From an uncultured Bacteroidales bacterium (GTDB taxonomy: Bacteria; Bacteroidota; Bacteroidia; Bacteroidales; UBA932), in the NCBI GenBank assembly GCA_934725575.1, contig CAKVCK010000001.1, positions 218,808 to 282,807 on the forward strand: a stretch of DNA of 64,000 nt, read 5' to 3'. The notes under the pieces are model-generated. The model saw only the letters and a program-made list of their open reading frames with translations. It did not search any database and was not told the origin of the DNA. Of the stretch, positions 58,862 to 64,000 are shown piece by piece (within the stretch, counting starts at the first letter, position 1; each line of letters starts with the position of its first letter). The translations under genes and the position numbers were made by a program.

Positions 58862-60199
58862 ATGACCGATTCCAGAACAAGGAAGATAATACTGATAACG
58901 GTCGCTGTCGCTGCCGTCATCATAGCGGCCGTGGCAGGCTTCTCCGCATCCGGAAAGCGAGGGAATGACATCGAGGAGACGCACCCTGTTCCGGTAAACC
59001 TCAACGGGACCCTGACAAACGAAATGTCCGACACGTCCTGTCTGGCCGGGTTCGACAAGATAGTCAAGGACTACCTGACTTACTGGGGAATACACGGAGC
59101 GTCACTGTCGGTTATGAGAAACGATTCCCTGCTCTTCGCCAAAGGCTACGGAGAGGCGGACACCGGCAAAAAAATGGGGCCGGGGAATATTCTGAGAATG
59201 GCGTCTGTCTCTAAATTGGTCACGGCCGTCGGAATAATGGTCCTTCAGGAAAGAGGGCTGCTGAGCATCAAGGACCACGTGTTCGGCCCGGACGGAATCC
59301 TGAACGACTCCACCTACAACGCTGCCATAAAGGACACCTTATATTATAGGATAACGGTGGAAGACCTACTGCGTCACAAGGGCGGGTTCTCCAAAAGAGG
59401 CGGAGACCCGATGTTCTCGACCCGTTGGATAATGATGCAGAACGGCTGGAAAGAGGTTCCGACGCAGGAGCAACTGATGGAACTCCAGCTCAAAAGGCGG
59501 GTGAAATTCGTTCCCGGCACGGCTCAGGAATATTCAAACTTCGGCTATCTGGCTCTGTCTATGGTGATTGAGAAAGTCAGCGGGACGGACTATGAGACCT
59601 TTATGCAGGAGAATGTGCTGCGACCAATTGGATGCGTTGATTTCCACATCGCCGGCAACTACTACAAGCATAAGCTCCCCAACGAGACCCGCTACTACGT
59701 CCAGCACGATGACGAGCCGGCGGAAGAGTTCAACAACAGTGGCAGGAAAGTCACACGCTGCTACGGCGGCAACAATGTGACTGGGCTTTCCGGAGCGGGA
59801 GCCTGGGCGGCCTCAACACCAGAATTGGCGTTGCTTGTCGCCTCAATCGACGGCAGACCTGAAGTGCCGGACATCATCAGCAAGGAAAGCGTGGATGTGA
59901 TGACTGAATATTTTGACGAAAGTACCTACGCTCTCGGCTGGAACGACACCAAGGACGGTTATTGGACACGTACCGGGACGTTTGCCGGGACAAGCGCCTT
60001 GATCAAGTACTTCCCTGACGGGGAATGCTGGATATTCATCTCCAACACAAGCACTTACAAAGGTCCAGGACTCGCGCGGCACACGGCCGAGCTTTTCGAC
60101 AAGCTCAGGGCTAAGTATTCCTCCAGATTCCCTGCAAGGAATATGTTCTATCCGGAACAAATTGAAGAGGTTGACCCGGAGAAAGAGTGGTTCGACTGA
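58862..60199 (+). CDS. Membrane-anchored serine hydrolase of the beta-lactamase / class C transpeptidase-fold family
   Basis: N-terminal TM anchor, SxxK motif (ASVSKLVTA), YxN-like and downstream KTG-like motifs. Confidence 0.8.
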   Translation: MTDSRTRKIILITVAVAAVIIAAVAGFSASGKRGNDIEETHPVPVNLNGTLTNEMSDTSCLAGFDKIVKDYLTYWGIHGASLSVMRNDSLLFAKGYGEADTGKKMGPGNILRMASVSKLVTAVGIMVLQERGLLSIKDHVFGPDGILNDSTYNAAIKDTLYYRITVEDLLRHKGGFSKRGGDPMFSTRWIMMQNGWKEVPTQEQLMELQLKRRVKFVPGTAQEYSNFGYLALSMVIEKVSGTDYETFMQENVLRPIGCVDFHIAGNYYKHKLPNETRYYVQHDDEPAEEFNNSGRKVTRCYGGNNVTGLSGAGAWAASTPELALLVASIDGRPEVPDIISKESVDVMTEYFDESTYALGWNDTKDGYWTRTGTFAGTSALIKYFPDGECWIFISNTSTYKGPGLARHTAELFDKLRAKYSSRFPARNMFYPEQIEEVDPEKEWFD

Positions 60200-60266
60200 A
60201 AACAATTCCGCCCGGCACTTGACAAACTCAGTGACCGGGCGGAATCGGTTATATTCAAATCTAAGA

Positions 60267-61178
60267 CTACTTGTTGACAAACATCACAGCCTCCGCGATG
60301 GAGTTCAGCTTGGTGTCAACGCTGTCGGCGCGGCTTGCAAGCACGCAAGGAACGGTCGTTCCGACAAGCATACCAGCCTGCTTAACCCCTACGGCCAACT
60401 TTGAGTTGGTCTTCCAGAAGACATTGGCGGACTCGATGTTAGGGAACTCAAGGCAGTCAGCGTCACCGGCAACCGGGCTGACAAGCTTCTTGATCTCGAC
60501 AGACTCCTTGTCGATGGCGACATCCAGTGCCAGAGGACCGTCAGCGATGCATCCCTTGATCTGTCCACGGTCAGCCATCTTGGCGAGAGCGGCGGCCTCC
60601 ATACAAGCCGGCATTGAGTCGAGAACCTGCTCAGAGGCGGCGATGAACGCGAGTTTAGGCTTAGCGATGCCGAATGACTTGGCCACTCCCACGAGATAGC
60701 CGGCGATCTTCATCTTCTGGCGGAAGTCAGGTAGCGGAATCACGGCCATATCGGACAGGAACAGAAGCTTGTGATAGTTAGGGCTTTCGATGACACCAAC
60801 GTGGCTCAGCACACCCTTTGGAGGAAGCAGTCCTGTCTCCTTGTTGAGGATGGCGCGGAGGAACTTGTCAGTGGAGCAGAGGCCCTTCATAAGCACATCA
60901 CCCTCACCGTCGTGAACAAGCTGCACAGCCTTTGAGACAGCCTTGAGCTCAACCGGCTCGTTGACAATCTCGAACACCTCGATGTCGATGTTGTTCTTCT
61001 GGCAGGTCTCCTTGATGAGTTCCTTGTCACCCACGAGGGTAACCTTCACGAAACCCATCTCCGAAGCCTTTGCGCAAGCCTCGATCGTGTGCTCGTCAAC
61101 AGCCCACGCTGCCACCATTCTTTTGCATACGCCTTTCTCTTTGAGTTCAGCGAATACGTCAGCGAATTTTGTGATCAT
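60267..61178 (-). CDS. ptb: Phosphate butyryltransferase (phosphate acyltransferase family)
   Basis: 303 aa. Pta/Ptb C-terminal domain motifs. Immediately downstream of the butyrate/acetate-kinase-family gene. Confidence 0.85.
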   Translation of the reverse strand: MITKFADVFAELKEKGVCKRMVAAWAVDEHTIEACAKASEMGFVKVTLVGDKELIKETCQKNNIDIEVFEIVNEPVELKAVSKAVQLVHDGEGDVLMKGLCSTDKFLRAILNKETGLLPPKGVLSHVGVIESPNYHKLLFLSDMAVIPLPDFRQKMKIAGYLVGVAKSFGIAKPKLAFIAASEQVLDSMPACMEAAALAKMADRGQIKGCIADGPLALDVAIDKESVEIKKLVSPVAGDADCLEFPNIESANVFWKTNSKLAVGVKQAGMLVGTTVPCVLASRADSVDTKLNSIAEAVMFVNK

Positions 61179-61200
61179 AATATTTCTGATTTTTAATCAA

Positions 61201-62415
61201 TTATTCATCCATACTCTGAACAAGGTGCATCGTGTCGCGTGCGATGACGAGTTCCTCGTCGGTTGTCACAAGAGCCACCTTGACCTTTGAATCCGGCAGG
61301 GAGATCACTGTGTCCACTCCCCAGGCGGTGTTGGCCTCGTAGTCGAATGCAAGTCCGAGATAGGTGAAGTTCTCGCAGACCCTGCGGCGCAGACGGCTGT
61401 TGTGCTCACCGATTCCACCGGTGAAGAAGATGGCGTCCACGCCGTTCATCTCGGCCGTGTAGGCTCCGATGTACTTGATCATCTGGAATGTCAGCATCTT
61501 GAGTACAAGCTTGGCCTGGCGGTCGCCGTTGTTGGCAAGTTCGTCCAGCTCACGGGCGTCGGATGTCTTCTGGGAGACTCCGAGGAAACCGCTCTTCTTG
61601 TTCACGATGTCGTACATCTGATCCGGAGTGAGATTCTCCTTCTTCATCATATAAAGAACGGCGTTGGCATCCACGTCACCGCAGCGGGTTCCCATAACCA
61701 GACCCTCGAGCGGTGTGAGACCCATAGAGGTGTCGATTGATTTTCCGTTCACGATGGCCGTGATGGAGCTTCCGTTGCCGATGTGGCAGGTGATGATCCT
61801 TGAGTTGTTCAGATCAAGGCCGACCATCTCCGCGCCCTTCTTGGCCACGAACTGATGGCTCGTTCCGTGAGCGCCGTAGCGGCGGATGTGGTACTTGTCA
61901 TAATATTCATAAGGAAGGCCGTACATATAGGCGTACGGCGGCATCGTCTGATGGAAGGCGGTGTCGAACGTCACGACCTGAGGCACTGAAGGCAGAACCT
62001 CCTGGCAAGCCCTGATGCCAAGCAGGTGGGCCGGGTTGTGGAGAGGGGCGAAGTCGCAGCAGAAGTCGATCTTCTTGATGACATCCTCGTCCACGATGGC
62101 GCTGCCAGAGAAGAAATCGGCACCCTGCACGATTCTGTGGCCGACAGCCTCGATGTCGTCGAATGACTTGAGCACACCGTGGTCCTTATCGATAAGAGCG
62201 TCAAGCACAATCTGCATTCCGACCGTGTGGTCAGGGACAGGAAGGTCCTTCACAACCTTCTCCTTTCCTGCCGGCGTGTGCTGGAGCCGTCCGCATTCAA
62301 GGCCGATTTTCTCAACTATACCTTTGGCCAAAAGAGAGTAAACGTCATCGTTCTTCATATCAAGCAGCTGGTACTTGATCGAAGAGCTTCCGCAATTGAT
62401 AACAAGAATAATCAT
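61201..62415 (-). CDS. buk: Butyrate kinase (ASKHA acetate/butyrate kinase family)
   Basis: Start MIILVINCGSSSIKYQL (ASKHA phosphate-1 motif). ~400 aa. Paired with ptb. Confidence 0.85.
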   Translation of the reverse strand: MIILVINCGSSSIKYQLLDMKNDDVYSLLAKGIVEKIGLECGRLQHTPAGKEKVVKDLPVPDHTVGMQIVLDALIDKDHGVLKSFDDIEAVGHRIVQGADFFSGSAIVDEDVIKKIDFCCDFAPLHNPAHLLGIRACQEVLPSVPQVVTFDTAFHQTMPPYAYMYGLPYEYYDKYHIRRYGAHGTSHQFVAKKGAEMVGLDLNNSRIITCHIGNGSSITAIVNGKSIDTSMGLTPLEGLVMGTRCGDVDANAVLYMMKKENLTPDQMYDIVNKKSGFLGVSQKTSDARELDELANNGDRQAKLVLKMLTFQMIKYIGAYTAEMNGVDAIFFTGGIGEHNSRLRRRVCENFTYLGLAFDYEANTAWGVDTVISLPDSKVKVALVTTDEELVIARDTMHLVQSMDE

Positions 62416-62495
62416 TCCGTTTGAAATTTATGTAATTATGCTGACAAAGATACGAAATTTATAACTATTTTTACCGCATATTAAGGAACTGTGTG

Positions 62496-63614
62496 ATGAA
62501 TGAGGCGAGAGATATCGTGGGGATAAGTGTTCCATTCGCGGCCGGTGTCGCGACGGGGGCCGCTATGTATCCTCTTCTTTCCGGCAGGCTGCCGTATATA
62601 ATAAGTTCCATTCTTCTTATTCTTATTTTTATAACGACCATATTGGCGCGCCTCGACAAGTTCAGCGGCCGATGGCTTGTCATTGCGGGAATATTCCTAA
62701 TCACGGGAATATTCAGTTCTTTAAGCCACTCCATCGCAAGCGGTATTCCTGAATATGAAAGCGGATTCATCAGCTCGGTGGCCGCGGATGCCGTAGGAAC
62801 TCTGCGGAGCGTCATCGACAATATTCCTTACCCGTCAGAAAGCACCGCCCCGCTGGTGAAAGCCCTGCTGACCGGAGACAAGAGCGACCTGACAAAAGAG
62901 ATCACGGGAATATTCAGGGACAGCGGAGCCTCGCATATCCTCGCCCTCTCAGGTCTGCATCTGGGAGTACTTTACATCCTCCTTGCAAGGCTGACCGCAC
63001 CTTTAGGCAACAGCCCGTGGATCAGAAGGTTGAGATATTCATTGATCATCGTGGCCGCACTTTTCTACTCCATTATGACCGGTGCCACGCCTTCGATCAT
63101 CCGGGCATTCCTGTTCATCACCATCAACGAGACAGCAAAGCTGCTTGGACGGAAAAGGGAGCCGGTAAGGGTCCTGCTCGCCGCGCTGACCATCCAGCTC
63201 GCCTTCAAGCCGGATGTCATCTCCTCAGTGGCGTTCCAGCTGTCCTATATGGCGATGGCGGGAATATTCCTGATCTTTCCTACCCTTGATAGGATCTATC
63301 CAATGCCGAGCTGTTCTAAATTTTCAAGATTCAATCCTTTCCGCAAGATTTGGAGCGCCGCGACGCTCTCGATCTCCTGCCAGATTTTCACGGGGCCGCT
63401 GGCGTGGTACTATTTCCACTCGTTTCCCAAGTACTTCATTCTGACCAACCTGATCGCACTTCCACTGACAAGCGCGATTATGGTACTTTCCGTAGCCACA
63501 ATCGCGCTGTCATTCTTTGGAATATGTCCGGAGCCGCTTGTGATTCTCAACGATCACGCGATGCAGGCCCTGGTTTTCTGCCTGAAAATCATTTCCGGGC
63601 TGGATAATCCTTAA
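62496..63614 (+). CDS. ComEC/Rec2-family membrane protein (competence-domain-only, short form)
   Basis: Multiple TM helices and the Competence-domain signature (DSGASHILALSGLHLGVL). About 370 aa with no C-terminal metallo-beta-lactamase domain. The ORF-track start at 62493 is a GTG; the ATG is at 62496. Confidence 0.75.
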   Translation: MNEARDIVGISVPFAAGVATGAAMYPLLSGRLPYIISSILLILIFITTILARLDKFSGRWLVIAGIFLITGIFSSLSHSIASGIPEYESGFISSVAADAVGTLRSVIDNIPYPSESTAPLVKALLTGDKSDLTKEITGIFRDSGASHILALSGLHLGVLYILLARLTAPLGNSPWIRRLRYSLIIVAALFYSIMTGATPSIIRAFLFITINETAKLLGRKREPVRVLLAALTIQLAFKPDVISSVAFQLSYMAMAGIFLIFPTLDRIYPMPSCSKFSRFNPFRKIWSAATLSISCQIFTGPLAWYYFHSFPKYFILTNLIALPLTSAIMVLSVATIALSFFGICPEPLVILNDHAMQALVFCLKIISGLDNP

Positions 63615-63615
63615 C

Positions 63616-64000
63616 CTATTCTTTAACGTCTGCCAGATGAATCTTAGTCGTCCTAATTCCATAGAAGCAGACGACAATGAAGCAGATGAACGGCAGGATG
63701 AACGAGGCGTTCACAGCCGGCAGGAAGCCGATCGTGCCCTTGTCGATGATCCAAGCCTGGAGCGGAGGAAGCACAGAGCCTCCCAGAATGGCCATAATGA
63801 GGCCGGCGGCACCGAACTTGGCGTCATCCCCGAGCCCTCCGAGGGCGATTCCATAGATTGTCGGGAACATCAACGACATAAACCCGCTGACGGCCACGAG
63901 GCAGTAAAGCCCAAGCCTATTCTGCAGGAATATCACGCCGGCCGTGGCGATCATTCCTCCTATAGCGAAGATTGTCAAGAGTTTGGACGGTTTCAGATAT
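63616..64000 (-). CDS. Partial CDS: C-terminal part of an MFS transporter (sugar/fucose:H+ symporter-like); the N-terminus lies beyond the right edge
   Basis: Hydrophobic TM-rich ORF open to the window end. The C-terminal region resembles FucP-type permeases (…ILGGSVLPPLQAWIID…). Confidence 0.6.
   Translation of the reverse strand, partial: YLKPSKLLTIFAIGGMIATAGVIFLQNRLGLYCLVAVSGFMSLMFPTIYGIALGGLGDDAKFGAAGLIMAILGGSVLPPLQAWIIDKGTIGFLPAVNASFILPFICFIVVCFYGIRTTKIHLADVKE

Noticed and set aside
1-64000. Search for CRISPR arrays, rRNA, tRNA, transposases, integrases, reverse transcriptases
   Set aside because: I could find no periodic repeat-spacer arrays, no rRNA-like or cloverleaf sequences, and no ORFs with DDE, tyrosine-recombinase or RT motifs. 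The only repeats are the 75-bp pair at 13.96-14.13 kb and the 17.3 kb / 37.1 kb tail duplication.

Overview
The gene content and layout (SusC/SusD pair, fused-type archaeal-like ProS, rimP-nusA-infB, lpxD-lpxC-lpxA, no Shine-Dalgarno sites, several TAnnTTTG -7 boxes) indicate a Bacteroidales chromosome. GC is about 55-58% by eye, which is high for Bacteroides and more like Alistipes/Rikenellaceae, but that is inference. Both strands are densely coding and about 55 CDS are called.

Main content, in order:
- 1-5.4 kb: a partial outer-membrane protein gene, proS, then a two-gene surface module. The first gene is a lipoprotein with a Trp/Tyr/Gly-rich repeat, a natural His6 run and a long Ser/Arg-rich tail; the second is a FadL-like beta-barrel.
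- 5.4-9.0 kb: a lipid A cluster (lpxD, unfused lpxC, lpxA, WbqC-like).
- 9.1-13.9 kb: rimP-nusA-infB preceded by a leader hairpin that looks like an attenuator.
- 13.96-14.13 kb: two 75-bp GC-rich structured direct repeats between the convergent infB and folP genes.
- 14.2-17.0 kb: folP, tmk and a MauE/DoxX-like membrane protein.
- 17.2-17.8 kb: a small ORF whose Arg/Gly/Asp-rich tail and 3' UTR duplicate the 3' end of pnp 20 kb downstream.
- 17.9-36.7 kb: a polysaccharide utilization locus. It holds a GH78 rhamnosidase, a GH36-like enzyme, GH127, GH43, two tandem beta-helix surface lipoproteins with permuted domain order, SusD, SusC, a GDPD-family lipoprotein and a DUF6377-like transmembrane regulator.
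- 37.1-40.0 kb: pnp carrying an RGG/DRR tail, an rpsO-pnp intergenic hairpin, and rpsO.
- 40.1-42.5 kb: a translationally overlapping nucleotidyltransferase / CPBP / DUF45(M48-like) cassette.
- 42.7-44.4 kb: an ftsB-like gene and purB.
- 44.4-45.2 kb: an AT-rich islet with a hipB-like gene and a hipA-N-terminal (HipS-like) gene but no kinase partner.
- 45.2-50.5 kb: a GH29 / uxuA / uxuB / GH2 hexuronate-type cluster.
- 50.5-64.0 kb: housekeeping and accessory genes (DUF853/YjgR-like ATPase, rsmD, DUF3822-like, DHH phosphoesterase, two FKBP lipoproteins, MATE, cytidylate-kinase-like, a serine hydrolase, ptb-buk, a short ComEC-like gene, a partial MFS gene).

I found no rRNA, tRNA, CRISPR array, transposase or integrase. 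All family assignments are from reading motifs in the translated ORFs; nothing was searched against a database.
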